Shown: positions 11,407-24,159, numbered from the stretch's first letter. The stretch is DNA of 52,077 nt from Vicugna vicugna (GCA_013265495.1 PNXW01004714.1:1-52077), one strand, 5' to 3'. Notes: a model not told the origin generated them from the sequence alone. Translations and numbers: made by a program.

Positions 11407-11780
11407 CTGCAGTCGCCTGGGAATGTGGGTTGAAAGCCTGTCCCCGCGGGGAAATCGTCCTCCGAATCCCTCCCTTTCTCTGTGTTTTATTTCGAGTCCG
11501 TGCGTCCCTTGGCGGTTCCTCCGATCTCTGGCCAGAGCACGCTGCCCAGAGCCAGCTTCGTCCGGCACCCGCTCCAGGGCATCTCGCTCCCCTGCCTGCC
11601 CTGCAAGGCGAAGTGGAGCGGGAAGGGGGTTTGTGAAGAGCCCTGCCAGCTTCCCGCTCCCACGGCTCCCTCTATGCTCCCTCCTGCTTCTCTCCTGCGT
11701 CTTTCCAGCTCTCCCCAGCCGCCGTTGGTGTGTGTCTGAGTATGTGCGTGTTTTTTTTTTTTTGAATTGCTCTTTGCTTT
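11407..11780 (-). other. Candidate non-coding first exon (minus strand)
   Basis: Perfect donor CAG|GTGAGT (GT at 11406-11405) inside the CpG island; 5' boundary is a guess. Confidence 0.35.
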
Positions 11781-14134
11781 TGCAACCCTGGAGCCAAAGC
11801 AGGGTGGCAGCGAAACCTAAAGGAGAGGGGCGTGGTGTTACAAAAAAGCAAGCCAGAGGCGCTTAGGTTTGCAGCATTGGAAAGCCCGGGGAGCACCCTT
11901 GCTCATTTGATGTCTGGGTTCCAGACAAAGGCCTTTCAGGTTTTAGAGCTAGCTTCTCCTTGTTCTCAAGGCCTCACACCTCCTCCAGGTTTAGGATCCA
12001 AGGAGTCCTAACAAAAAGTTCTCCCCTAGGCCGTCGCAAGGGACTGTCAGGGTGAAAGTTGGGGAAATTTCCAAGAAGCAGCAACCGTGCCTCCCACCCC
12101 AGTTTTGGTAGCTGGGCTGAGGTCCGATTTGGGCGCAAACATCTTCTAATCCTGGTGGGTTTAGGTGAAGGGGATTCCGGGGTGAAGTTGGAGATGGAAG
12201 GCTCCGGTTTGTGCATCTCCCCTTCAGTCTCTGCCTCCTGTCCCCTGCCAGCTCCGCAAGGTTCATTTTTAAACAGTAATAAGGAGCCCGTCCTGGGGGA
12301 TGGCGACTGGCAGTAACATTGCACAGAACTCTGAGACGGGCAATGTGCCCTTCCCTAATTTACTTGTTGTTAAATGATGGTGGTGGTGGTGTAGTTGCTG
12401 CTGAGAGATGGGCAGGAAAAGAGGACATAGAATACTGCAGACTTGCGAAGGGATCCATTTGCAGGACCCCTTAGAACAGCAGGGTGTACACATATCAGAT
12501 CATGTAACCACGGAGAATTAACCATGGGAGGTGTGTTTCAGCTCTTCCCTGAAAGCTCCCACTCCTTACTCTGGATGAAAAGGTCCTGGGAACAAGCTGG
12601 GAGAAAGGTCTGGTTGGCAGATGAAACTGCATAGCGGTGGGTCACTCTCCCCTCTTCCAGGAGGTGGGCTCTGAGGAGTGCGGTGTGGGTGGGATGTTTC
12701 CCTGAAGTCATCAGTCGGATGGTCACGTGCTCTGGAGCTCCCATCTTCCGGCCCAGAAGTGACGGGGCAATATGTAAAGGGGGGACTTGCAGCTAAAACA
12801 CTGAGCAGGCGCTCTTGCTCCTTGTTGGAAGGACCTGGAAATCAAGTTGCATGGAACAGGGTCTCCCCCAGGTCACAAAGCTCAGTTCAGACTTCTGGGA
12901 TGCTGAGACCCGCTCCGAGCCACTGTCACCAAGGAGGGAAGGGCCTCAGGCAGGAGGAAGGAGCTGCTGGACTGCATGTGCCCTGCTTGTCAAGGATCAG
13001 AGCTGGTGACGTGTGGCATATGAGCTTAGCTTTGGGCGCATAAGAGGAGAGGTTCTCGGGAGAGGACTGGCTTTTTCCTCTGATTGAGGGCCTACTGTGT
13101 GCCAAGCACAGCAGTCCTCTGAGTCAGGGTTGGAAAGCCAGGCACAGAGAGGTCCGGGAAAGTTTCAAGGCCACACAGCAGTAGGGGCAGCACTAGGGTC
13201 TGGTGCAGACCTGACGCCAAGCCCACATTCTCTCTCCTTTCCCAGGACCATCATGATCCCACATGGCAGTGTCCCCAAGACAGGCCCGAGTATGGGACCT
13301 GGGACCTTCCCTCCCTAACATGCCAGGAGCCTTAAGAGGGAGGGCAGGGCACTTTCTGAGTCCATGATGCCCAGAGGCTGCTCTCAGCGAGGGGCCCAGC
13401 ACACACTCTGGGCCAAATCCTAGCTCTGTTCTGAGTCACTCTGTCCTCCCTGCCTCAGTTCTTCTGTCCACACGGGGCTGGAATCAGCAGCCACTTCACA
13501 AGGTTCTGAGGAAGCAGCGCCCACCGTGGGGCAGCGGCACTGGTCTCCTCACCTCGTCCTCCCCTCTTTGCTGGACGAGAAGGAGTCCCAGCGGGGCCCA
13601 GGCTTGTCCCGATTCTAACGCCCACTCAGGGTCCAGCAGGGGGTGGTGCCCAGGCTGGACTCCGTCCTCTGCCCCTCCTGGGCACCCTCATTCCCCGCAC
13701 CTCAGCTGCCTGGACACTCTGTGCCCCCCCCACCTGGCACCCCCCCCACCCCAGGTTATTCCAGCGCCCTCTGGCCCTTGGCCCCAGACCTTCTCCATGT
13801 TGAGTGGAAGTGAGGTGATGGACATGCTGGGCCTCCTGGATGGTCTGGGGGAGCCAGATATCCCTGTCCTGCCCACGGCCCCAAGAGCCCAGGGTGGGGA
13901 GAGGGTGTGTCCCCAATTCACGCTCTGATTTGCTCAGATTCTTGGCACCTACTTTGCTGGGTGGATTCGGGGGACAGAGGGATGGCGTGAACGCAGGAGA
14001 GCTGGGCACAGAGGGGACGTCAGCAGAGTGTGAGGAGGGGGCGAGCCCGGGCTGGGCTCATAACCCCGTCAGCCTTGGCTTTTTCATCTTTAATGTGGGA
14101 CAGACTGCTGTGAGGTGAGCGGGAGCTTGGCCCA

Positions 14135-14300
14135 CGGCCAGACACTGTCCTACGCGCCTTAGAAGGAGGAGCTCACTGACTCCTCAGGGAGATCGATGGG
14201 GCAGGGACCAGGGTTATCACCCCTTTCTACAGGCGAGGAAACTGAGGCACGGAGAGGTGAGGTGATTGCTTCAGATCACACAGCCCAGGCTGTGTGGCTC
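14135..14300 (-). mobile_element. MIR SINE
   Basis: Core ...tacaggcgaggaaactgaggcacggagaggtgaggtgattgc. Confidence 0.75.
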
Positions 14301-15809
14301 CAGGGACTGGGCTCATGGTCAGTGCCTACTCTGGGTGTCCCCTCCCTCCCTTCACCTTCCACTGGGACCCACGGCTGCAGCCTCATCTCAGCGTGATTGT
14401 TCGTGGGGAGCAGGGTGGGGGCGCTGGGGGCCCATTTTCTCTGAGCACTGCTTTCCCAGGAGGCTGAAGGTGTTGTCTGTATTCACTGCTGGACACCCGG
14501 GCCCAGGCCAGCCATGCTGCAAGGCCTGAATCAGTGTTTGTTGAGCGAATAGCTGAACATCTGCAGCATGGTGCCCCCCGTTTCCTAGTCTCCACAGCAC
14601 GCCTGGCTGCATGGCTGACACTTCCTGTCATCAGGCTTCTGCCAGGGACAGTCAAGGGGACCAGAGCTGCTCAGCCAGGGACAGGGAGCCTCATGGGCCC
14701 TGTGGCTGCCCCACGCCTCTCTTGGGCTGTCCCGGGCCAGTCCACAGAGAGGCCCGGCCAGGTTCCAGGAACAGCAGTGAGGTCCCCATCTCAAAGGTGT
14801 GGAGTAGGTGTTGAGGGGTGTTTCCTGAGGGTGACTCTGCTTCTGAAGGGGCCAGGCTGCTTTAACGTCCATGCCAGGCCCCCACCCCTGCTGGCTGCAT
14901 GGAGCCGGTCATAAAGGACACAGGCCATGGGGCTAAGGTTATAACAGGTCCCTGCTCCCTCTCTGTGCCTCAGTGTCCTCTTCTGTAACAGAACCAGTAA
15001 CAGGGCCACGGGAGGGCCAACTGAGACCCTACCCTGTGGCCTTGGGTGGCCACTGCCCTCTCTGTGCTTAGTATCCTTGTCTGTAATAGAGAACTAGTAA
15101 CATTTTTCCTATTGACTTTTGGTCTCATTTTTCTGAGTCCCTTTCCATACTGGGCCCAGGGTGCTCACAGAGCTCACAGACTGGGGAGGTAATCAGAGTG
15201 TGGTCACAGCCCTAGGGGTCCCAGGGAGGCCAGAGGGGATCACCAGCTGGGAGGCGTCGGAGGGGTGGGGAGAGCCGAGCCTTGGGGCTGAAGGATCCTG
15301 CTGGTGGTGGCCTCTCTCACAAGGGGACTTCACAGGGAGGAGTCAGTTGTGGGGTAAGGGCTGAGCTCAGTTTGGGGCATGCTGACCTGGAAAAGCTTAG
15401 CATAGGTATGTCCGGAGGAGCTGGATGTAGGGGACGAAGGTGCCACCAGGGTCAGGGTTAGAGCTTGAGTCCCAGATGAGGTGGGGCGGGGCTGCAGCAG
15501 AAGGGGCTTGAGGACGTCCAGATGTTCACTCATTGGGTCCTCAGGGTAGGGACCGTCACATCCATTTCACAGCCACCTGGTGCCTAACAGCTGGGTCCAG
15601 GGAGGTCACTCAGGAAGCACGTGCTAACTTGATGCAAATTCTTCCATTTCCACTTTAAATCCCTGGGACAGAATTGGCTAAATTCAAAGCTTGGTGACTC
15701 GGGTTAGTTAGCTAGAAAGTTGAACCCAAGGTTTACAAATAAAAGCAGCATATAGACTGAAGGCAAGACTAAGAACCCACAGGATCACTAAGACTGTCCA
15801 CGCGCAGAC

Positions 15810-16105
15810 CACTGTGGCCTCAGGGCCTTTGCACTGGCCATTCTCTCAGCTGGGAACTTTCTCCCTCTGCATTGCTTGCTCCTTAAACATCTCCAGTATT
15901 CTGCCCAAATGGCCTCCATGACTTTATTTTTCTCCATGGAACATATCACCGTCTGATTTTTGTGTACATTTTACTTATTTTTCTCTGTGTCCCCCACTAG
16001 GCAGTCTGCTGCATGAGAATGGAGACCCGCCTGCTTCACTCCCTGCAGTGCCCAGTGTCTGGATCCCACCCAGCACACAGTAGGGCCTCAGTGAATGTGT
16101 GCTGA
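15810..16105 (+). mobile_element. L2 3' end
   Basis: cctcagggcctttgcactggc...cccagcacacagtagggcctcagtgaatgtgtgctgagtg. Confidence 0.75.
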
Positions 16106-16169
16106 GTGTGTAAACGCCGTAGGCCACTGACAAGCATCTTCCCTGAAGTGATGGTAAGAGTCGTTAAAT

Positions 16170-16595
16170 CACTACTTACTGAGTCCTACTGTGTGTTGGG
16201 CACTGACCTGGGCGGGAGGCACGCAGTGAGTGAGACACACAGTGAGCACACAGAGCGTGTTAGGAGGGACACGTGCTCTGGAGAACACGCAGGGCTCGGG
16301 GAAGTCAGGAGTGGAGGGTGGAGGAGAAGAGGGCCCGGGTTGGGGGGGGACAGTGGTGGCAGAGGAGACAGAGAGGTGGCGCCCAGGCCGTGCAGGGCCT
16401 GGTGGCCCCTATGAAGGCTTTTCCTCTGGGCAGGGGTGCCCATGGCTGGGAGCGGAGCAGAGGGTCGGGTCCTGAATCTGTGCAGGAAATGAGGTGGGTA
16501 ACTGCTGGGGAGACGTGTGTGCAGGAGGCTGTCCCTGTAGACTGCAGGCAGGGAAGGCTCCCCTGAGGAGGTGACATCTGAGCTGAGCCCTTGTA
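16170..16595 (-). mobile_element. L2 fragment, antisense
   Basis: ttactgagtcctactgtgtgttgggcactg...gggaaggctcccctgaggaggtgacatctgagctgag. Confidence 0.6.
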
Positions 16596-16689
16596 TGGAC
16601 CCTGTTTCTACCTTCTGTAGACTTGATGCCTTCATCCGCCCTGCAGGCCTATGCGGGACACGCCCTGTTCTCAGTCACCTGGACTTGGC

Positions 16690-17190
16690 CTCCTGCCCCC
16701 TTTGTGGGCCCTCCCGCCCCAGGAGTCCTCCTTCTGGGTCTAACCCCCCACCTCCTCCACTGGACTCGGACTCAGGCTGAGCCGCTGTCCGCCTGCCTGA
16801 CTGACCCAGAGTCAGGTCCAGACCCTCGGGGCCACCCCGCCACCCCAGAGCCCATGAAGTTACTCAACCGGCCGGTCCTCAGCCTGCTCACCTGCCTTGC
16901 CCTTCCGTCCTGCAGAAACAGCCCTGTCCACGGCGCCCTGCTCCTCCGCTCCTGACCCCCGTGGTGTGGCCCCGCGTGGTGTGGCCCCGCGTGGTGTGGC
17001 CCCCCCCGTGGTGTGGCCCCGCGTGGTGTGGCCCCGCGTGGTGTAGCCCCCCCCGTGGTGTGGCCCCGCGTGGGGTGCCATCCTGTCTCCAGTCCGGTGA
17101 GTAGAAGCTGCCTTTTCAATGGCAGTTGTCCCTGATCTTTTGGCCTTCCTGAACCTCAGGTTTCCTGCTAATATAATCTATTTCACACCA
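16690..17190. mobile_element. MER21-like ERV LTR hosting a minisatellite
   Basis: gtgagt...cttttcaatggcagttgtccctgatc motif recalled from MER21C; boundaries approximate. Confidence 0.5.
16955..17079. repeat. GC-rich minisatellite, 8 copies of cgtggtgtggccccg with 15/15/17 periodicity
   Basis: Unit starts at 16960, 16975, 16990, 17007, 17022, 17037, 17054, 17069. Confidence 0.95.
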
Positions 17191-17949
17191 GGCTGCGAGA
17201 CACTTTGCAGACAGTCAGAGTAGACAAATGAAGAACAAGTGTCCCGTGTACCTTTTTCAGCATCGTCAACGAGTTTAATATTTTAATATAGATTAGAATT
17301 CCTTTTCCCCATAAAGTCACAAGCTCCTTGAGGGTGGAGGAGATACAAAAATTACGTGGACAGGACCAGACTCCTGCGACCCATAATATCTGTCTCCCCA
17401 GACTGAGGGCTCAGGCCCAGGCTTGACCAAGTCCTGCCTTCACACTGTGAGTGGAGTTTCACTAGTTTTCAAATTGAGCTTTTACACTTGAGCTTAGCAG
17501 GACAGTTGTCGGTTCCACACGCATCTTTCCAGTAATAGCCAAGTGACTCCGCATGTGAGATGCCTTGTTCCCTGAGTTACTTGATGAGAATCTGCAGGTG
17601 TCAGGAGGGAAGGAGTCAGGGCAGCGTATTTCCAGACAAGCTGCGTCTTTGGGGGAGAGTAGGGGTGGCGCCCTGGAAGATGTCACCTCCTGACTCGTTT
17701 AGTTGGGACCATCCGTCTTCACACGTTGGATTTCCAGAGAAGTGTCCGAAGGGCAGAGTGGGCTGGAGCTGGTCTTGGCTGTCACCCACGGAAGGGAGGG
17801 CTGGAAACGTCAGAAAACTGTGGTCCTGGGAGCAGCCTGACCCGGGTGGGGGGGGCGGCTCACCAGACGTGTCCCCTTTAAGACTGCTGTCCTGCTGAGG
17901 GTCAGGCTCAGCTGCTGTAACAGAGAAATGGGGAGAGGTGGTCCCGGGG

Positions 17950-18208
17950 CAAAAGTGACGGTTTTGGAGGCTGAGAGTGTCTGTGGACGCAGGTGCAGCA
18001 GGACGACCATGGTTAATGGCACTGCATCGTGTTGGGGACATGGGCCAGGAGAGTAGCCTGGAGGTGCTCCCACCACACAAAGTGAGAAACACGCGAGGAG
18101 TGGGGCGTGCTGATTAGCTTGCCCGTAGTGATCGTTTCACTGTGTGCACACGCACCACATGTCACATTGTACACCTTAAATTCATACAATTTTTTATTAC
18201 AAAAAAAG
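17950..18208 (+). mobile_element. L1MA-type 3' end, GC-shifted
   Basis: gattagcttg...gtagtgatcgtttcac...cacattgtacaccttaaa plus A-tail. Confidence 0.7.
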
Positions 18209-18214
18209 ACGAGC

Positions 18215-18555
18215 TCTGGGAAGTGAGTGGCCAGCAGCTATACCTGGACTCTGACTTCCACAGGGACAGAAATGACAGTCCTGCCAGGGTCAGACCCAAC
18301 CTGCAAAGGACCGGACGGCAGCTTTTGCTTTCTTGCTCTGGGAAACCAGCTCCTAGGATGTGTCCCAGCCACCAGCCCAGCCAAGCTCCAGGTGACAGCC
18401 CCTGTGAGCCAGGCCTCGGCCGAGGTCACGGGCATCGGAGAGGAGCCATCCCCGTGGGCCTGCCCACGTCGTGCAGTCCTGCAGGAACAAATGAGGACTG
18501 CTTTAAGCCACTGTGTTTAGGGGTGGTTGGCTTCATGACAGCAGGTACCCAAATG
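18215..18555 (+). mobile_element. MLT1 (G/H-like) LTR fragment
   Basis: 3' motif tgctttaagccactgtgtttaggggtggttgg. Confidence 0.6.
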
Positions 18556-18607
18556 CCGCCTCGCTCTCACGCCCGCCTGCCCCAGGTCCTCAGACTCCTC
18601 TCGCCTT

Positions 18608-18875
18608 TGCAGACTGGATGTTTGTATCCCCCATATTCATAGGTTGAGGGCCCCCCATGTGCCCATGTTTGGAGGTGCAGAGGTTGAGTGAGGTCCTGAG
18701 GGTGGCCCTACCTGGTTGGTCTGGTGTCCTTACATGAGAGAGAGTCCCCAGAGCTGGCTCCCCGCCGCATGTGGACACAGCAAGGGGGCGGCCAGCTGGT
18801 GGCCGGGAGGAGAGTCATCACCAAAAAGTGACCTCGCCGGACTTCACCTGGGCCTCCCACCTCCTGATCTGTAGG
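18608..18875 (+). mobile_element. MLT1A/B-like LTR, 3' end missing
   Basis: gactggatgtttgtatcccccatattcataggttga...ctggtgtcctta...tgtggacacagcaag. Confidence 0.7.
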
Positions 18876-19409
18876 TGTTACAGAGTCCAAACTCGTTCTG
18901 CTTGCGGCACGACAGGCCAATAAATCAGGAGACGAGGTGTTGGGGCAAGGAATAGCGACTTTATTTGGAAAGCCAGCTGACCAAGATGGCCGATGAATGT
19001 CTTGGAGAACCATCTTACTAGAGTTAGAATTCAGGCTTATTGTGTACTGAAAAGGGGAGGGGGTGTAGTGGGTTGTTGCAAACTTCTTGCTGTAGGAATT
19101 CTTTGTTCTTGGAATCCTGTGTTCTTATAGCTGTCCACGTGGGGCAGCTCATGGTGCCCCTGTAAACCTCCAACAAAACAAATGTGATTTTCTGTTCTGC
19201 AACGTGTTATCTTTATAGGAGTGTGAAAGTGTCAGTATCCTTAAAGGTCAGAGCCTGGAAAATAGGCTCTTCTGTGTATTTCAGGCTAAAGGCAACATTG
19301 TTTTGCAAAAGGCACAGAGCTAGCAAGACTAAGCCTAGAAAACAGGGCACAGCCTTAAAGCCAAAGAAACAGATCTGGTATGGAGTCAGATTTGTTCTTT
19401 TCTGTTACA
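18876..19409 (-). mobile_element. ERV1-class solo LTR
   Basis: TG...CA termini (tgttaca at both ends), minus-strand AATAAA at 18960-18965; no matching TSD. Confidence 0.75.
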
Positions 19410-19859
19410 ATTACAAAAGGAATGCATGCTCCTTGGAGCAAATCTAGTAGAACAGAGGTGCACAAGGAGCAAGTTTGCAGTCTCCCCCACCCCCCCGGCC
19501 TGTTCTTTCTCCCTGTCCATCCCAGCTCCACGTCCACTGTCCTAGCACAACCAGGGTGAGCAGTTTCATGTGTGCAGTCTGTCTTTTTGCCAACACACAC
19601 AAGCATATATACAAAGGCTCGTTTAGAATTAGCCTTCTCACTTTGTAGGTAAGGAAAATGCAGTTCAGAGAAGTTAAGCAACTTGCTCAAGGTCACACAG
19701 CAGGCAGGTGGAGGAGCTGGCAGTTACCTGACTCCCAAGTTTAATGGCAAAGCCTGTGACCTTACCCTCAGCCTCTGCTGTTCCTATCATATCAGCTTTG
19801 AACAAAAGGAGTAATAATATTTCTAACAGAAGGAAATAGCAGTGCACACTCACTGAGTA

Positions 19860-20065
19860 CTGATCAGTGGCATTTCAGATGCAATACACGTATCTATCTA
19901 GACTTCCCCCAAACCTTGTGGGTTTCTCCTATAATTTTTACAGCCTCTCCCCCATTTCACAGATGAGAGAACTGAGGCTTCACAAGGGGAAGCCATTGGC
20001 CCAGGTCACACATCTAAAAAGCAGTGATGGGCCAGGATTCAGACTCAAGCCCTTTGACTGTAAAG
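19860..20065 (-). mobile_element. MIR SINE (another copy at ~19640-19760)
   Basis: cccatttcacagatgagagaactgaggct...gcccaggtcacaca. Confidence 0.75.
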
Positions 20066-20679
20066 TCAGCCCAGGAAGGCGGTTGGGTAGGAAGGAGCAG
20101 AATTTGGTCGTGAGTTAATGGGCAGAATGGCCACCATCCCCATCCTGAACTTAACATGGACTTTTCACAGTGCCTCCCTCTGGCCACCTCAGGACCTTTG
20201 CACAACTCTCACCCCTCAAGTGGCCTACATAATGCCTGCTCCTCCTTCAGTGCTTAGAATACTTGGCCCCTGGATGAGACCCTGGAGGCCCCAGGTAAAT
20301 TCCCATACACCCCACTGAATTCCTGAAGCCCAGCAGGGCATCCATGCACAGCCAACACGGGATAAACACGTATTCAGGGAAGAGTGTTCAGTGAATAACG
20401 TGTTCCTTTAGTGGGAAGGCTGAGCAAGGCTAAGGGGTACCAGATGTGAAGGACACCAGGGAGGCACTGGGGCCGAGTGGGGAGTGTGGTGGGGCAGCAG
20501 GCAGGGCCCACCAGGATGAAGGTCAGTGGAAGGCAACAGGGAACCAGGAAGGACAAAGCATTGTCCTCTGATTTCAGATGAGGAACCCCAGACTCCAAAC
20601 ACCAGACACCTCAAAACCAAAGCCCACATCTCCGTGGATGCTGCTATTTTAGTCTTTTGGGATCTATAAATCTAAAAGT

Positions 20680-21400
20680 AATTTTTCCTTCCCCTGATTT
20701 GCGGAAAATTTAGCCATAATTTCTTCAAATAAGCTTTCTTCTCCCTTCTCTTCTTCTTCTGAAATTCCCATTACCTATTGTTTTTCTTGACTGTATCCTA
20801 TAGTCCCTGTAGGCTGACTTCACTCTTTTTCATTTCTTCTTACTTTCGCTTCTCTGGGTCGAGCATTTCAAATTACCCGTCTTCAAGTCTCCTGATTATT
20901 CTGCTTGGTCAAGTCTGCTGTTGAAGCTCTCTATTGAATTTTTTGGTGCAGTCATTGTATTCTTTGCTCTGGAAGTTATGTTTTCGTTATTTTTAATGAT
21001 TTCTGTCTCTTTGTTGAGCTTCGCATCATGATCACGTATTATGTTTATGATTTTGTCTAGTTATTTGTCTGCATTCTTTTATAACTCAACGAGCATCTTT
21101 AAGGTGATTGTTTTGAAATCTTTGTCAGGCAATTAATAGATCTGCATTTCTTTGGGGTCAGATACTGGAACTTTGTTTTGTTTCTTTAGTGATGTCATGT
21201 TTCCCCGATCCTGTGTGATCCTTTTAGCCTGTGTTGATGCCTGCACACTTGAAGTAATCACTCCTTCCAGTCTTTATGTACTGCCTTTGGAAGGGGAAGA
21301 CCTTCACCAGACACCTCAGCTAGAAATTCTGGGGATCAGTCAAACTTTTTCTATAGATACGCCCACTCTGCTCCTCTCACTCCCTCCTTGGGGAGCTTGT
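20680..21400 (-). mobile_element. Ancient L1 ORF1/5' region, antisense
   Basis: gccataatttcttcaaata...gtcttcaagtctcctgatt...tctgctgttgaagctctctattgaattttt. Confidence 0.8.
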
Positions 21401-23050
21401 CTACAGAGCTATGTCGAATGCCAAGAGTCACCTGCCCCTTTCCATAGGGCAGTGCACTGAGATGCCGAGACAATGGGTTCAACCCCACTTGTGTCCCTCC
21501 CTTCTGAAGGGGCAGCCTCAGGGTTGTGCACCTTTTCCCAATCTTGCAGAGTCAAGTTGCTGGCTGAAATCTTCACTGGCTGCTGAGGCCTGTGTGTCAT
21601 CTCTGGGAGCGGGGGTGTAATGGTCCGTGGGAAACTGTGGCCCTGGGGTTGTGTATGCTGGTTGCTATTGGCCTCCACTTGTTTCTTTGTTCTTAGCTAC
21701 CTCTCAGATGATCAAATTGCAAAACAAATGAGAATCGCAGCTGGCTTAAAAACACTTCCTTAATAAGACAGAAATCAGATTCCGAGCAAAAATTAAAGTC
21801 CATTTACACCATTAGCCCTCCCACTCATATGTAGACTGTCCTCGTGTAATCTTCCAGATGGCCCCCTAGAGAAAGCCCTCAGCAAGAGCACGGATGGCCA
21901 CATCCTTTGCCAGGACCTCGTGCTCATTTTCAGAACTTGGCCCAGTTGGTGCTGATCCCCAGGGCCTGAGACAAGGTATCTGTGAGGCCTTCTCTGCTAA
22001 GAGCAACCAGGCTGACAGGGAACTGTGTGCTGTGAAGCAGAGAGCGAGCACGCAGACCCTCTGTGGAAGGATCTGTGGGAACATCCCAAAGGCACACACA
22101 GGTCTAAACATGGACACTGGAATCTTTTGATCGGCATCTTCATTGGAAATCTGCTCCTTGATAGAAAGAAGCAAGTTCAAGATGGTGAAGTTGGATGGGC
22201 AGGTTGGCCTCTTGAAGTTGTCGTTGAGGCGGCTATGCAGTTCTCTATAAAGAATTCAAAACTGCCATTATCTCCATGAAACAGAAGGAGGCCATAAACA
22301 TTAACGTTCAGGGAGCACAAATGTAATCCTGAAAATTTAAAATACGATGCCAAAATGTGAGAAACCCAACAGGAGGACTGAAAGATAAAGGTATCTTGCA
22401 GAAAGTGGCAGCCTTTTAAAAGAGAGAAAGCAGAACTGCCCTATTTCTGCTGCTGAATGGGGGGGTCCAGGGGGACTGTCGCACACGGGTGCTAAGCCGT
22501 GTGCTCCTGGCTGGTGGACCTGGGCAGGCTCCGAGGGCAGTGGTCCTGCCTGGGAGAGGCTGGAAAACCGCCGTGCAGCCAGGGCAGGTGCGAGCCCCGA
22601 GATCTCCTGGGGCGACCTGACCTGCAGGACTGCATGGCTGCTCCGCCATCCCCTGTTCAGTCTCCTCTCTGTGACACTTGCGGAGATTGATGCCTGCAGG
22701 ATATTAGAAAAGCCATCGAATTGCCCTTACCTGCTACCAGGTGACACCCAATATTGATTTAGCGTATGAAAGTGAGTCACAGGTTTGCTAAAGCCTGGAA
22801 AAGATCAGATGTCATGCGCCTCATGATCCCATCTCCTCAGCTCTCAGCTGATGCTGGAGGAGGTAACTGGAAAATAATAGACCGAAGCAGCTTTCTGGAT
22901 GTGCTCGCAAGGGGAACAAAATCCAGGAGAATCATCTCATTGGGAGAGAAGGGGTTTCTAGGATCACGTGTTTCTTATTTAGAGCAGTGTTCTCTTTTAT
23001 GGACAGCATCCTCTAGACTTGACCATTGTAGAACGATATTTTTAACACGG

Positions 23051-23235
23051 CCATGGTTCTCAAAGTCTGGTCCCCGAACAGCAGTTATCTGCATCACTTG
23101 GAAACTTGTTCAAATGCACATTCTCGGGCCCCATCCCAGACCTAGTGGATCGGAGCCTGTGGCGGTGGGGCCCAGCCCTCTGCGCTGTAACAAGCCCAAG
23201 AAAAGGAAGATGCAGCTGCAGTTTGAGAATAACGC
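23051..23235. mobile_element. MER5A hAT-Charlie MITE
   Basis: TIRs tggttctcaaa...tttgagaata; internal gcatcacttggaaacttgtt.aaatgcacattctcgggccccatcccagaccta. Confidence 0.85.
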
Positions 23236-24159
23236 TACCAAAAAAAGACATTGAGAGAGGCTGCTCTCCCCGTTTCCCTGAAATGAAAAGCAGGGCCCAG
23301 AGCAAGGGAGGGTCGTGGCACAGCCCGCTGGGAGCCCAGCTTCCGGACCTGAGACTGGTCCATTCGGCCCCACCCTCTGCTGCTCCCTCTGGGTAGCTGA
23401 TGAGGTGGACGGAGCTGAGTGGGTCCTCCAGATGGCAGAGGGGCAGCACAGACGCAGCGCTGAAGCCCAGAGCGTAAGAGTGGCTCCGCAGCCGGTCGCT
23501 GGGAGGCCCTCCTGCGAGCCGTGGGAGGGCCACAGGGAGCGGGAGGCGCTCTTCTCAGCTGAGGGTGACCCCTGCCCAGAGAGTGAGTGGGCAGAGGGCA
23601 TTTAAAGTCCCACCAACGCAGTTGTTGCTGCACTGAATCCCAAACAAACCCATAGATGCATTTGTTACGTGGAAGCACATCCATCATTCTCCATCCAGAG
23701 CTGGAGAGAGGGATCGCTCATCTGACCATGCCTCTCACCTGCTGAGAATCTCTCCCCAGCCTCCCACTGCGTCAGGAGGAAATCTGCCTCCCTCGCTGGC
23801 ATATTCAGCCCTGGGTACCTGAACCCTGGCCCTCTCCAGTTTCCCCTCCTGCCACTTTCCTGCCAAGGGCCCCGCCTGGCAGAGGAGAGTCTTTGTGGTA
23901 CCAGGGATGCTGGTCTCTCACACCCTTGTCACTTAATTTCTGCTTCTTTCAATATTGAGGTTGAGGTCCATCCATCCAAAGAGTCAAAACCCCTTGCCCC
24001 CATCAGCACCATCACAGCACCTGCACACATGTCTAGCACAGCCCTGATTACGGTCTTGAAATGTATTTGTCTCCGAGTGCAGAATAAACTCCCTGGCAAT
24101 GCTGTCTTGGAAACCATTAGCATATGTGTGTGTCCACTCTGTGCATACGCCACATTTTT

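Larger units (their letters stand above)
10680..11900. promoter_or_regulatory. CpG island / promoter of an unidentified gene
   Basis: Dense CpGs and multiple GC boxes (gggcgg ~11037, cgcccc ~11151), Inr-like tcagtcc at 11194-11200, consensus splice donors on both strands. Confidence 0.85.

Noticed and set aside
10762..11896. Many overlapping 100-160 aa ORFs
   Set aside because: Expected from stop-codon scarcity in a CpG island; low-complexity G/A/R/P peptides with no recognisable domain
16772..17119. ORFs with GATPR/GPHHA repeats
   Set aside because: Translations of the minisatellite
21866..22255. 130-codon open frame on the minus strand in non-repeat-looking sequence between L1 fragments
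   Set aside because: No family recognised in any frame, and no TSD, poly(A) or splice sites; BLASTX/BLASTN would be needed to exclude a decayed retrocopy
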